Origin: Balanoglossus misakiensis
Taxonomy: Eukaryota > Animalia > Hemichordata
Direction of reading: 5' to 3'
Assembly: GCA_040954595.2 (NCBI GenBank)
Contig: CM082585.2
Location: forward strand, 2,944,902-3,008,901
Length of the DNA stretch: 64,000 nt
Position numbers and translations under genes: made by a program. Shown piece after piece: positions 39,901-54,900 of this stretch (position 1 is the first letter of the stretch; each line of letters opens with the position of its first letter). The notes below the pieces were generated by a model. That model did not search any database. It saw nothing but the letters and a program-made list of their open reading frames with translations, and was not told where the DNA came from.

Positions 39901-42900
39901 TGTAATTTCCAGGGGGCGTACAGCAAGGTGGAAAAACCCTTGTACGGTACTAGTATTCCACAAAGGACAGGCTGAGATTTGCGTTAAGATGATAGTGCCG
40001 CCAATACAAATTTAACATTTTACCCTGGAAAACTAAAATATATCTAATCACATGATCGAATGACCCGCCTTTTGACCATATATTGACAATATAAATTAAA
40101 TATATGTAAATTGGGGGTTACCATATACCGTTAAGATTAGCTGATCATGCTCACATGAATCACTATTCGCAATGTCAGATTCACAGAAAAACGTTGGTAG
40201 TTTTGACATGTTCCGTGTTGCCGAACTGCCAAACACAATGCTCATTGTTTTGTTACATTACAGGTGTACCGAGGTAGTTATCAGGAAGACTCGCACGTGT
40301 TCCACTCTGTCATTCCACGCGTGGAGTCCCGTATGATACGAGTCCATCCCGAAGAGATGAACGGCCCCTACATGATAGGCACCAGACTAGAGTTCTATGG
40401 CTGTCAGGCTGAAAGAGGTCTGTCGCTGCTTGTGATACTTTTAACTGCAGCCTGAATGTTGAGAAACTGGAGTTAAGAAGAGTATAGGATGATTATCATT
40501 TCGAAGCCATATTCCTCATCAAAGACATCGATGGCCGAACATTTAAACATAGCTTCTTAGAATCTAAATCTGCAGTCAAAAGAGATGATATTATTTTCAA
40601 CTTTTAACCAATCGTATACAACTTACGCTTTATGATATCATTAACACTGTCGAGCTATGTACAGTGTAGCCATGCAGTCGATAATGTTCAGGCGACTAGT
40701 CACTGGGCACCATGTGGCGTCCTAGAAGTCAATAACTTAACTGGACCTACTACTGATTGGCTACATTAATGAGCATGAGTGTTACTCAATATCAGTGACC
40801 TGAGTGGCCTAGGTTAGAGTACAAAATTATGCAAATAGCCAATGTATCCTATTTTTGCAATGTTAGAGATAAAACGCTAGACTGTATTTGACTGAGCGAG
40901 TGAGTGAGTGCACAAACTTGAAAAAACGATGGCTAGTTTCTGTACATTATTAGACGGATTATTTTACCGCTCCAATGTGTAGAACTGAAGGCACAGTGGA
41001 ACCTGACAGAAGGAAACACAACGTCACTGTTCTACACACGGTACGGTATACAGCCATCGCTAGAAATTCACCACCGCCACAACCTGTCCGATATCTACCA
41101 CTTATTGACACTCGACGAGTGCCACTACTTCTGTCTGTCCGAGGAGCAGTATGAATGCCGATATTTTCTTTACGACGTGGTTGAACGCCAGTGCATGTTC
41201 GGCTCACTACCCCACTGGTACTTTGATCCGGAGATCGAGCTCCTACTTGCGCGGAATGCAGAGTATCACATTAAAGTAACACCAGGTATGTAACCTTGTC
41301 TGCATGTTAGATTATTAACATTGAACGCTGCATACACTGTCTGAACTGGAAACCGGTCTGCACATGCACCATCTTACTGAACACAGCTATAGAGATATTT
41401 GATCGTGTATGTAATTTATCTTCGTGGGTTGAGGCTGTTGCTTCTACTAGCAGCAGAATGAGACAAGCTGACTAGCTAAACACAGTAAAGGCGGATGCTA
41501 TACTTGTAAGCAGGTTGACATATAAACTGAAATAAAATCTTCACAGAGGTGCACCAAACAAGTGGTAGACCATGTGTCGAGCTCCGCGACAGTATGCAGG
41601 ATCTTTTGTGGGTATGCAGTTTGTACGGGGGGCATACTCATGTGGCGCAGGATAAACAACAACCGGCCCATTGTATTAAAATGAACAACATTTACAATTG
41701 TTTCATTCTCCACCTATTCCAGTTTCATGCAAAGCTTGACGAATATCTTCTTTATAGATATTGAAGAGTGTTCTGGTGTTTCTCACGTGTGTCTGGCTCC
41801 TTTGCGGTGCACTCAAACGAGTGGCATGCTGTCCAGTGTAGACCATCCTGACTTGTACCCAGCCGACAGTCGCTGCTCCTGGCAGCTCACAGTGCGCGAG
41901 AACTCGTACATCGAGTTGGAATTCTACACTTTCGACGTTGGCGGCGAACAGACGTCCTGTGAGTTTGATTTCCTGCTGCTGTACGACGGAGCTCGCGAAA
42001 TCGACGAAAATCTCCGCCGGCGGTTTTGCAATTTCCATCCGCCCCCTCTGTTGCCCGGGGTCGTCAAATCTGGTTTTAACGAGTTACTGGTGATTTTCAC
42101 GACAGACAGCCATGCAGATAATAGTACTGGCTTCATTGCTTCTTACAGAGATGTGCAAATTACCAGAAAACGAGCTGAAGAACTGAACATAACAGGTACA
42201 TCAAAATAGACAATGTTCTTTTGGAACCAACTGCAATGTATCGTTCAATACATATCTCTTCCGACAGGTATATTTTAAATCACGCATACAATGTTTTTTT
42301 ATGAAGAGAGGTTGAAAGTTTCTCGTTCTATTTCCCAATAATCCAGTGTACAAAAGTCGTAGATTTCCCATGCACATGACACTTATCTAACAAATCAACG
42401 CAGGTTACCACTGTGATGAGACAGACGGGTGGCAGTGGCACCACTATGGCTCAAGTTGCTACAGTCTGCGTCCGGCTCCTACCAGGATTTCTTGGCATGT
42501 TGCAGACCAGCTGTGCAAAGAGAACAGCCACAACACATTCCTGACCAGCATCACCACTGAAAAGGAGGCCAAATTCGTCCACGAGCTCCTGTCCGATAAA
42601 CGTCTCAATAAAACATATATCGGTGGGTGACAATTCAAGATATCGTTTCAGGGACTTGGCAAAAGTTTTGAGATGGAGGGCGGTATAAATTACATTGCTT
42701 TACCTGGGGAGAATCACTATACTGGTATAAACAGTTATTTTTTTCAGGACAAATTCAAAAGGTATGGTATTTCGGTTGGTATATGTATCTAGGTCAGCGA
42801 TCCAACGGTCAGTGTGGAGACATAAGTGCTTGCAAGCCGCCCAAGCTGACTTTGTCACGGTTGCATTTCAGGGTTGACCGATTTGGGTACAGAAGGAAGA

Positions 42901-45900
42901 TATCGATGGGTAGACGGCAGTGCTGTGAGCTATATAGATTGGAATACGGAAACGTAAGTATTGCGTTTCTTATTCGAGAAAAGATATTCTTATATGGTGG
43001 TGTTTAGCTATTAGAATGATATATTAAATTATGCACGTTTGGCTGGTTACTTTTTTATACATATACACATCGGAATAGACACAGGAATGTGATTTGTATC
43101 ATTGGAGAAACTTAGGGTGCTACCCGATATAGGCTTCTAAACAAACTCATGTGGTGTTCTTTAAGACGTTTGCAGTACCATTTACAGTAGACAGTATATA
43201 TCAGTGGGCGAAGAGTTTTCCTACCACATATTAGAGATGGGCTTTTCATAGGTGTAGAATACCTACACAAGTAACAACCTGAGTTTACGAAGCACTTAGC
43301 CATTGTTTCCCCGCGCTAGTTTGTACGGTTCTCAGCCTGATGGTGGAACCCTGGAGAATTGCGTCATCATCTACTTGGACAGTTTGCGGACAACCAAACA
43401 ATGGCACGATAAGGTTTGCTCCTACAACATCACAGACCAGTATCTCTGCAAGAAACCAGCAACCAAAGACGAAAATACCCGTTAGTGTTGTCCTTTTTTT
43501 ATTTCAATACGCAATTTTCCTATTGAATCCTCGAGACGCTGCGACATTTCGTGTGACCAAGCAGTTCATATGGGAGGACAAACAACACAGGCATGGCCTT
43601 TTATGTTTAACGGCACAAAACTTATTTTGTGAAGCTTTACACCTATTTTAGTATCATACATAGCTTTGTAAATAAAACATGAGTCTCAGCTGGAGGAGTA
43701 GTCATAACAAATCGTATGCAGAAACATAATAGGCTTACCTTTCAGGGTAGGTATTAAAATCGCCAAGGACTGTATGGCACTACAACGATGTTTACATAAA
43801 GGTCTTAATAAAATAATAATTGTAGTCCCATGTCTCATAATGAATAACAATTTTATCCTGCTTTTGACAGCTGACCTATCTTATGAGGATATTGTCACAG
43901 TACCAGTCGGTAAGAAGTTTTTAGAACGAACGAACGAATGAATGAATCAATCAATCAATCAATCAATAAATGAATCAATCAATCATTGAATCAATCAATC
44001 AATCAATTGGGCAATGAACGGATGGATGGATGGATGGATGGATGGACGGACGGAAGGGAGGATAGATGGACAAAAATTGTGTACTGATAAATAAATATTT
44101 ACATGTTTCTTTTACTCCAAAAATGAATTATGTACACCTCATACTAACGGAAGAACAAGGATGTAAGGTTTTGTAAAGGTCATTGTTGTGGCCTGCTATA
44201 ACGTAAAAACCATACAGCGAAATATTACATGCACAGAAAATAAATGCCGACCACTTCTGTCGTTTTTATTAGATCACAGCAAGGAATGTGGGGATCAGTA
44301 TTTCACTTGCGACAACGGTGAATGTTTACATAAAACATTCTTGTGCGATTCAGTCTCTGATTGTCATGATGGCTCCGATGAAGTGAACTGCCGTAAGTAG
44401 CGATCACTTACAGTCGTACATGTGCTGTATCTCCACCATACCGTACAATAGTGATGAATGATAACAATGATATGCCATAAATAGAAACTAAATTATTGCT
44501 GATGTTAGCTTATCAGTGTATGTCTCCTTGTATAAGGGAGGGATTGACGGAAACAGACATAAAACAGTGACTGTTTTCCTACATCTGACTTTTTCATTAC
44601 CTGTCTTCGATAACACAGCCGAAGAATGCCAAGGTTTCAGATGCGGCAATGGTCGATGTATAGCCTGGTCACGCTATTGTGACCGCCGAGGTGACTGCCT
44701 TGATGGATCGGATGAAAACCAGTGCGGTAAAGTTCAGAAATATTTAGATTTCTAACATCCGCCTGCTTCCTCGTAGGTTTGTTATTACTATATACCAAAT
44801 TGGAACTATATCACCACGTATTATTTGAAAACAATGTTTTCGGATATGCACACTTTAACGGTATACATCCACCGGTAAAATGCAATGTTAACACTGTTAC
44901 TATGTAAATTCAAATGTAGCCAACCGCAGATTTTCAGTGGGTGTCAGTCGCGATAATAATTAACGTCACATGGTAATTCGAATACATAGACACGCCACTT
45001 TGTCCATATATAGGCATTTGTACATTAAAAGTATCAGCAAGTGTCAGAGACCGAATCGCACAAGAATGTTTTATGTAAACATTCACCGTTGTCGCAAGTG
45101 AAATACTGTCAACGTATTTTCCTTATCATTTTTGTATGAGAACGTATACCACTTTGCTCCACAAAAATATACTGAACACAACTTGACGGATCAAGCCTTC
45201 TTTCTGTGCTAAATAGAGTATCCACCGTGTCCTGAACATCAGTGCGACGATTCCAAGGAGTGCATTCCCTTCCGTGCTCTGTGCGATTTCAAACACCAGT
45301 GTATGGACAACTCCGACGAGAAGAGCAAGATGTGCTCAAGTAAGTCGTTATCATTAACACCAAAATTAAATTTGCTAAATTACAACACATTAGTTAAAGG
45401 GGAAAGATGTCGGAACTACACATGTGCCACTTTTCTGTTTATAAACACTAAGTCGCCACTGTTCATGGAGGCCCTTACAACTAATTGCGTTTCAAAAAGT
45501 AAATTGGAAATACGTTAAGCAGTTAGAGGCACTTTGCCATGGTGTACAATGTACAAAGTAACAACAACATTGTTTGTAATTATATACATTGTAGCGGTTA
45601 CACTAGGCACCAACTTTGACTAGGTAGCAACTTAAAGCATTTGACCAATACCAGTAGACGCAGATGAGACGATCCCCACCCTTTAAGTGGCGATTTCGTA
45701 ACGGCATTTGATTGTTGTGAGATTCATCGTCAGATATAGTAAAGTATTGACAATACGTTTCATATAGTTTTGAGTAATTACGCGTTCTATGAGTGTAGTA
45801 GGTGAGTGAATGGACGGTTGTGTGTGCGTGTGCGTGTCTGTCTGTGTCTGTGTGTGCATGACAGTGTGTCTTGGAGTATGAGTGTTCGCCTTGTTTCAAA

Positions 45901-48900
45901 ATATCTGCTCTTTCATCCAGCAACGTGCTCGAGTAATGGTGGATTTCAGTGTCATGACGGGAGCTGTCTGCCCCCTCGTGTTCAATGCGATGGCATCGTT
46001 GACTGTATGGGTTGTGTCGAGGGACTTCAGCAAGATGAAGGCGAAACAATATGTGGTATGTAATAGACAATTTCCCGAACTCCACGACACAATGTGAGAT
46101 CTTGCGAGGCTAGACAGTTCATATTGCAGGACATTCTTATGTATTATAGGACCAACAACACATGACCAATCGTGTCAAAGGCACCAGATTGACAATGTAC
46201 ATTTATCTCTGCACCTATTCTAGTTTCATTCAAAGGTTGACTTGGCTAGTTAACTAACCAAGGTCTCGCGAGAGCTCGTTACGAGCGGAACAATCACCAA
46301 TTTTGATGGGCAATCGTAACAACTTCTCACATGGACCATACATAACAGAGATTACGTCGCAACATTTGGAAACGTCGTCGTTTTTATTCCATTAGCTGGC
46401 ATGGTGGTGGAGGATGTAGCGTTGTGTCCTTACCGGGATTCTGGGTATGGTCTCAGATGTGAAAATGGTGTTTGCGTAGCAGACTCGTTGAAATGCATCT
46501 ACCAAAAGGATGAATACAAGTACGAAATCGGTTGCCGTGATCTCACACATCTAAGAGGATGTGGTATGTCGTTCACATTGTGACTGTACACTAATATAAT
46601 TTCTGTCAGTTTACTATATTTTGATAGTAGTAATGTTATACTCCACAAGGTACTTTTTACTAAAATCAAATATACATACACAGAGTTGTGATTGGCGTAT
46701 ATTCAGTAATCGAAATAGAGAGCGATTAACTCAGTTAATCGGAATTCTCAGTATAAAATCTGAATAATGATTGACGACCGGAAATATGTTATCTTTTGCA
46801 GCCAATTTTGCCTGCCCTGAAGACAGGGCAATGTACAAGTGTCCTAGTAGCTATTGCATTGATCTGTTCAGACGTTGCAATGGAGAAAACGACTGTCCAA
46901 ACGCAGAGGATGAAATTGGTTGTGGTATAAGTGATTCTGCTCTGTTCCTTGTTCATCTATGAACGTCCCGTTTGAATCTCAGTCGTCAGAATCTAAACAT
47001 AAATGACGAAGATGCAATCACTAATCATTTATCTAGGAAATGCATTGTACTTCGCAAATCTGATAGCTCTTTAAACCCACTGAAATATTATTTGAATGTA
47101 GAAACAATGTTTCGTCTACAGTAAACTTGACTTACACATTTGCAAGAAAGTTGCCTGACTGTGTACTTTGTAAAATCACTACATGAACTCGTATATTTTT
47201 CCCTTTCCCTTACAAAGACCAATACACCTGCCCCGCAGGAACAATTAGGTGCGTTGAATCTGGCAACTGTTTACCAGAAAGCCAGCTATGCAATGAAATA
47301 CGGCAATGTCGATCTGGGTCGGACGAGCTCTATTGTGGTAAGAAAGGATTTCTTGTTCTTCATCAAGACACAAATTCACATAGGCAGTATGACATTTGTC
47401 AAAAACCTGTAGAATTAATCTTTTTAATCGCCGAAATGTTTTCAATATTTACACGGGCGCAAGCAATGTTTGTTAAGTAAGTCAGTAAGTAAGTAAGTAC
47501 ACATTCCTTTAATTGTAATTATTTTAGCGTCACTCGTTGATATCTGATTCAACATATTAGTATAACATAAAGTGTGTTGTTCGCATGACAACATATGGTG
47601 CTTAGGATGTTTAGGGTGACCCTTTTTTTTTATTTGTTTCTCATCTCCAGAGGAACACTCAGGCAGGGCGGGCGGGCGAAATAAAAAAAAAAACAAGTAC
47701 AAAAAAAATGTTCACTTTACAATGTGCTCTGTCCTTTTATTCTTTTACTTTACAATTTCTTTCCTCTCCCCTTGATTGGATTCCTGGTTTTTGGCTGCTT
47801 TCCTTCCTTTCGGCATAGTGAACATGTTGGGAGAACAACTTTAAAAAATGCAGAGTATTTATCGACATCCGGGAGTTCAGTCTGTAGTGAAAAACATCAA
47901 AGAGTTTGGTTAGACAGATGAAGTTATTGAACACAGAATTTTACTTGTAAATGTTGAACACACTATACAAAGATCTTGTACTTCAGCACCAGCAATTGTT
48001 CGTATTGATATAAATTGTCAGCCATGCAAATCCCTTAAAAGTTGTTTTTATACAGGCAGATATATACATGTGGACTACAACTCATATGAAATTTTGTGAT
48101 TACTCCGTCTTGGTTGCAATGACCTGCAAATACTGGTTCATTGTTATAAAATTACTTACCTCAGCTTCACCACACCAAACACAAACTTGTGGGAATAATC
48201 CACTTGAGTAGAATTGGAATTCTACATGGCTACTGCAGGATAAATTGCACCTCACAACCACAGTCCTATGTAGATCGTGCTCATCACCGAATAAAGGTGA
48301 TCCACACGTATAATGTAGTTCCTGAAAAATGAGCAAATTAGAACTCAAAGTGAATTTTTGAAACTGTTTTTTTTTAAATATTGGAATTTAGTAAAGCATA
48401 CTATCTAATGTTTAAATACAGTTGCATTGTACATATGTAGTGTAGCTGTTTGGCAATACAGATATTCTGCTATTTATGATACTTTGCTCTTTGAGAGGAG
48501 GTACATGGATTTTTATAAATAAATAAATCAAAGAAAGGAAAATAAGTTTTAACACTACGTTGTGGTTTACTTACATCTATTTGCATTCTGAGTTGAAGAT
48601 GTTGTTGACTCCACAACCTCTTGTCAGAATATATACATCTGGGCTTCCTACAAACCACACAGGTGATCTCCGCACGGACTTTCTCCTTGATCAAGAGGCG
48701 TCTGTTAGGGCCATCATGGTCTTCTTTCTTTGAAGGACGGTCTACTTCATCTGTGTCATTTCCATATATATCTTCAAAGTCAGCAAACTTTGTCTTTTCC
48801 ACTGTAGAATACTGTGGGTCAGGTAGCCAACTCAGTTTGGCAAATTCTTCAAGAGGCAGTCTTGGTGGCATGCAAAAAGCACATATTGTTTGTGTCTCAG

Positions 48901-51900
48901 CCTGTTCACATATCTTGACTGCATTTTCCATTGCTACTTCATTCCTACCAGCTTCCACTAACAGCCATATTCCAGACCAGGTTGTAGCATGCTGTATTCC
49001 TTCAAACAACTGGTACTTGACCTCGCTGTTCAGACCAGCAACACTGTGTAGTAGTTCTTTTCCTTCTTGGCGAAGGGTTGCGTTTGCAGGAGCACTGGCG
49101 CACTTCTTCAACTGGAATACATATTGTCGTTGACGAGCATGTCTTTCCATCCACTCCAACAGTTCTGTTCTCTTCTGCAACTCTTTCTTTGTTGTGTCAG
49201 TCACCAACAAATCTTTGTCGATGCTGTTAGCAGACAAAAACATCTGTGAAATCTCTTCTTCTGTTGCTGGAGGATCTGTCTTCACCTGTCTCTCCTTGAG
49301 GGCAAGCCTGCCAAATCTGTCATCCAATAGACGTTTCACTGGATCAAGGCTTCTTTGCAGGTGCCCCTTTATTTGGGGATTTTCTTTGGATTTGTCTCTC
49401 AACTCTTGCATATTTGTACAGGATTTGGTACTCTTTTCTATGGCCGGATCCATCTCTTCTCTTGACAGAGCAACTCCATACAATGCAAGATTTAAAATAC
49501 TCATGACTCTTTCAGCAGGATTTATCCAACTTCCACCTGGTGCAGTAATTGCAGCAATAAGCATGTCGAGGTTTCGCTGAGTGAAACTTGCTACAATGGG
49601 CAACCTTTACAGATCCGTGTCGCACATTATGGTCTGGCCCACCATCACTGTACTGTAGGTCGATAGGACTCCCTTGTTGGTCAACGTGATTGATAGCCTG
49701 TTGTAATTCAACAGCATGTCGCAATGGTGTTGATGGTTCAAACACTGCATCTTTGATGGATACGAAGACTTGGCCACGATAGAAAGAATCTGTATCCTTC
49801 TCTGGTATATCACAGACAAGTGTGACTGAGGGTACCAGCTTGAACCTGTGAAAGTCATGGTCAAGGGCTACTGGTTCCCTACCATTCAGCATAAGCACTT
49901 TCTTGCCACGATCAAGTGAAGCTAACGGTGCGTTTGGCTCACCAATATTAATGGAATGTTTGTCATCACCACATGACAGTGTTGACCATTTCCTGTAAAT
50001 CACAGCAAAGCATCGTAGATACTTGAATATGGCAATGCAGTAATATGAATCTTCATGATCTTTATGCAGGCTTCGTGACTGAATTTTATATCGCAAGGGG
50101 AAGCGACCAGTATAATTCAGTGCACTGTGTGTGGATGGATCTTTAGGTTGACACTGTAATCGCACCCATGATTCTGATGGTACAGGGGTATTTTCAGGAA
50201 GCTTACTTTTCACCATGTTGATCAGATCACGAACAGAAATGGCAACAGGGAGCTGAACTGTTGCACTGTGTCTGCGTTCATCAGCGGCTGCAGGAAAGTT
50301 GTGTTCCAGGGTATCACCAAGCTTCTCCCAGAAAATATCATACTTCTCCTTCCTGCCAGTATTTAGGTGTCTCAAATCAACCACTAACTCTGGATCGTTG
50401 CACTGGAGGGCTATTCTCATCCTCTCATCTACAGCTTTAGTCACAGTACTTGGTGCTTTAGAACAGTCATTGGTCAGGAAAGCATACATAGCTCTGTACA
50501 CTGCTGGTTTAACATCACAAATATTGCTGAAATGGTGGAAGAACTCAGCCTTCATTGCACGGGTATGGTATTGTGGGATGTTCTTTGATATTTCATGACT
50601 TAGTTTGAAGTACATCGTACTGTCACGATCTGACTCCTTTTCAGGCAGTTTCCAAAAGAAGATGTAAGTTGTAATACCACCGAATGGTGAGTACTTGAAG
50701 AGAACAATCGGTACAGAAAGGCCATGTTGTCGTAGTTTCTCCACAAATTTGTACTTCTGGTCAGGATTACAGTCCTTCATCTCTGGTGAGTCATTCAGTT
50801 GCACTGGTTTGTAGACATCACTGTCTCTCATTTCACGATCCAGCCTTGCAAATATCAGTGGTACTGGTCCACTACTTGTGACATCCCAACACTTTCCATC
50901 TTCTAATGGTACCCGGGCAGGTGTAGACTTCACATACAAGTTCTGCATATCTTCATTTTTCTTCTCTAGATAGGACATGTAGGTACGGCATGTTGTAACA
51001 AGCTCTTCTAGTGCAGTATATATGGGTTCCCACACAGGCTGAGTTAACCACGCAGTCATCAAATATTCTTGGATGTATCCTACATGTCTCTCCATTTCAG
51101 TCCTCTGTATACTAGGTTTACTTTTCTTCTTGGCTTTGTAATCATTGTATGAAAAGAATGAGTGTCCCTGGGTTTTCTTTTTATACAACAGTTGGAATAA
51201 TGCTGGCATTTTCAATGATCTCTGGAAAAGGCTGCTCTCCCAGTGAGGATCTAAGTACCATAGGATGTCAGTAATTGCCTGAATGAATGCTTTGCCCGAT
51301 GAATCAGCAACTGAAGGAGAAAATCCAACTGTAGGATGCTGTGTGTTAAAGAGCTGAAACAGAACCCAAATATTCTTGTTAAAATTTCATACCAAAATAT
51401 TAAAAATACAATAATTTTCTCATTAAAAATCAAATTTGTACATGTATGTCCAAGACATCAATGTTTCAAAACCAGCCACACTTGGCCTGGGTTACTTTGT
51501 ATTTGAAATCATACTAAAACAATTCAAAAAGATACAGCTATTATGTGCATTAAATACTACCTCTATGATATCATTGAACAGCTGCTCCTTTGAGTTCCTC
51601 ACTTTATTCTTGATTTGTGATGGCAGAACTCGCTTTCTGGATGATGACATCATCAGGCTAAATGCATTTGACTTTGCTGATCTGTCTGGAGCATCTATAG
51701 AAAATATCAAGTACAAACAATCATAAAATGTTTAAGTCTTATGAGAATATTAAATTTTTTTGTTTCCAACATTTGTTTTAACACATTGTATATGTGTGAT
51801 AAAGTTTCCTTTTAGCCATTTGTTCAACTTATACTTCCACATGGTGATGGAACATACTAAAAAATAATTATTTGTACACTACTGAATATCTCAATGTGAA

Positions 51901-54900
51901 TTCAAGCCCCTATAGCAACATCATTTGATATTTAGAAACATAGAAATTTCATTTATAAAATCTGCATCAAATATTGGCATTTCTGTGTAAATTAATCTGC
52001 TGCATAATTGCTTGCTTTAGTTATCTTTGTGCATGCAAAATCACAAAGATTTATGATTTCCACTCTAACACAGCAAGAATCTAATCACAAATACATGCAG
52101 TATGAATATAGAATACAACAATCCATTAGTGAAGCAAAACATAAAAATGACCTTTAGTGAAGATGCATACATTGCATTCAGTGCATTTATGTGCTTTCTA
52201 GGGTTAAACTATTGCATAGAATCCACCACCACCATACACAATGTACACCATCAAGGTAAAATAACTACTTACATGGAAGTAAATTCAGGACAAGACTGAT
52301 TGGATTGCTGGTTTGAACAAAAAAATTATATTTTTATTTCAATTTAATCTCGACATTCTTTGAAAATCCATAGAGACACTCAAACAGGTTGACATACATC
52401 AGCCTCGACTTGTGATAGACAAACACAATGTACAAAGGCAGTATTGCCTGATTAATGGCCAGTCGACTCTGTATAGTATTCAATCGTCCATGACACACTG
52501 TGAAAAATGATTTGATTATCACTGAGCACATACTACGACTGCGGAAGTTTTGACATATTTGACAAGGGACCGGACATCCATCTGCGCCAGTACCATACAA
52601 GCACAACATCGTCTGACTTAACATGCATTCAGAAAACGGTAGAAAACATAACTGTTTCTTTGTTTTTCAATGGAAATAGGATGAACCTAACGAAATTAGC
52701 TCCTTGGGCTTGTAAGAGTTTGACAGTTGCCGTCATCGGCGCCGTGACCATGTGCAGATCTGCACCCTGGTCAGTGGGACCTTTATGTCCTAGTTTGACA
52801 GTAACGCCATGGTCTGGGTATTTCTCTTCATTGCCAACTTTACATATTATTTTCATGACATCAGAAAATGTTGTGGTGTCAGAGACATCACACACCCATT
52901 GCTTCTCTTCGAAAACTCTTCCCCCGGCCTCGATGGCCTCAGCCATAAACGATAGACGCTGGTCTGACACGACCGCCATGATGAATATGACGTCAGATTT
53001 GCAGACTGATCTGCAAAATCTCACGATTTGCCGATGGTGGCGCTGTTGCTAGGATGATCGCCTCAGAGTCGGCGCAAATAAAACAGTTTTTTTTATTTTC
53101 ATGTCGGAGCTGAAATTTACGGTCGGTCGGGAGATGAGAAACACAGAAAATAAAAATGTCACCCTTATTACGAGAATAAAATATTCTTGAACAAATGATC
53201 ATTTACATAATTATTACTGCGCGCTTAAATTATAATGTGCTCCTATATTTTGCTTCCCAGATATTGAGTGCCCGTTGGGATGTACATGCACGGGATTTCA
53301 GTATGACTGTTCCGGTAACGATGTCGAATCGATCAGGGAAGTCGATCCGCTGATTGCGAGGTCACTGTAAGTTATATAGCCCTCACCCATATATGGTATT
53401 TGCCATATACCAATTATTATATGCCTATAATGTGCGCGTATTGGTACCATGGTACCAGCAAGACCAGTTGGTCTCCACTGAACAATAATTCGCATTGGCG
53501 TGTACTATGATGGCATACTTTAATGCATATTTTTACAAAGTTCGGAAATGATTTCCTTATCTAAAATGAACTGTTGATTTCAAAATCAGATATGTCTATT
53601 TTCTGCTATAAGTGGCTGTTACATTCTTACATTCGTGTAGAATTGTTCGCGATTTACGAGGAGGAATACTGGATCTTGCCGGGAATAACTCAACATGGGA
53701 AGAATTCTTTGACCCTTACATTCTGGTTGGCGAACTGTGAGTACAACACTATACATGTAAATGCCATCAATCATAGGCCTAATAGTGACGACGAGACTGA
53801 ATGATAACTACAAACGCCTTGTCTTCTCAAAACAATTTACCCTAGGAGATAGGTGCCGTTAATCAGAATTTTTGGTGAGGAAGGTTTGAGAAGTCCATTC
53901 TATGTAAAAAATGGTGCTGATTCCAAAAATGTCAGTCTTATTGACCCCACTCAAGACAAAATTGCCATTTTGGCCATTTTTAACCCAAAAATGGTATTTT
54001 TAGAAAACACTAAAAACACACTGTTTTCGTCACATTCTGAGATCTGATGACATACGATATACTTATTCTATGTAAAATTTGGTGAATATTACGAAAAAAG
54101 TAGTCCGATTGACCTAAAACAACACAAAATTGCCTTTTTGACCATGCAGCGCAGGTATTGTCCGAGACGCGCAGCGTCGAGGACAATACCGAAGCGTACG
54201 ATGTACGAGGACATAAATCCCGGTATTTTGTGAATAACCTTATTATTATACACCTTTTCCGGACGTCCTTGATGAACGATAAAGAATAAATTGGCCGCTA
54301 TCGGACTTTCTAGTTTTCAGACACTGCCATGATGTAATTTGCATATCGAACGCGCCTTGACCACGCGCATCAGGTGATGCTAGTGTCGAGCTGCCGACGT
54401 CTCGCGCGCGACGTTCTACGCTGCTTGCGCTGAGCTCGTTCTGGAACTTGAAATGAACGCGCTCGCCTGTTCGTTCACAGATTCCTTCGACTGAAATTTC
54501 AGCGTGGATTTTGACTTATTTCGCATCTTGGGTCACCAATAATTTTGTTTAATAACGGCTGTGTACTTTTTATATACATTTTTGTCAGAGTAGGGTTAAT
54601 ATCATTGTTTACATTGATCACCGGTCCTGTGAGGTCAAAGTCACAATGCGTCCAATAACCCTGTGGGTTATGGGACTCCGCGTCCTCATTTGAATAATTA
54701 TTGTACGGTGATACCGCGAATTATTGTATCACGGAACTCCATAGGTTACAGCAGTAGGTGTATAATAATATAATTTATATCATGATACCTCCGTCAAACT
54801 GATTGGACAGGAGTGCAACCCAACGATGCTAGAATACTCAATAGAGCACTGCTAAAACTGGCCCCTGAACTAGCACGCAGCAGGGAAAATGTGGGCTTAA

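Noticed and set aside
48621-50598. Plus-strand ORFs of 99-170 aa
   Set aside because: Antisense shadows of the transposase.
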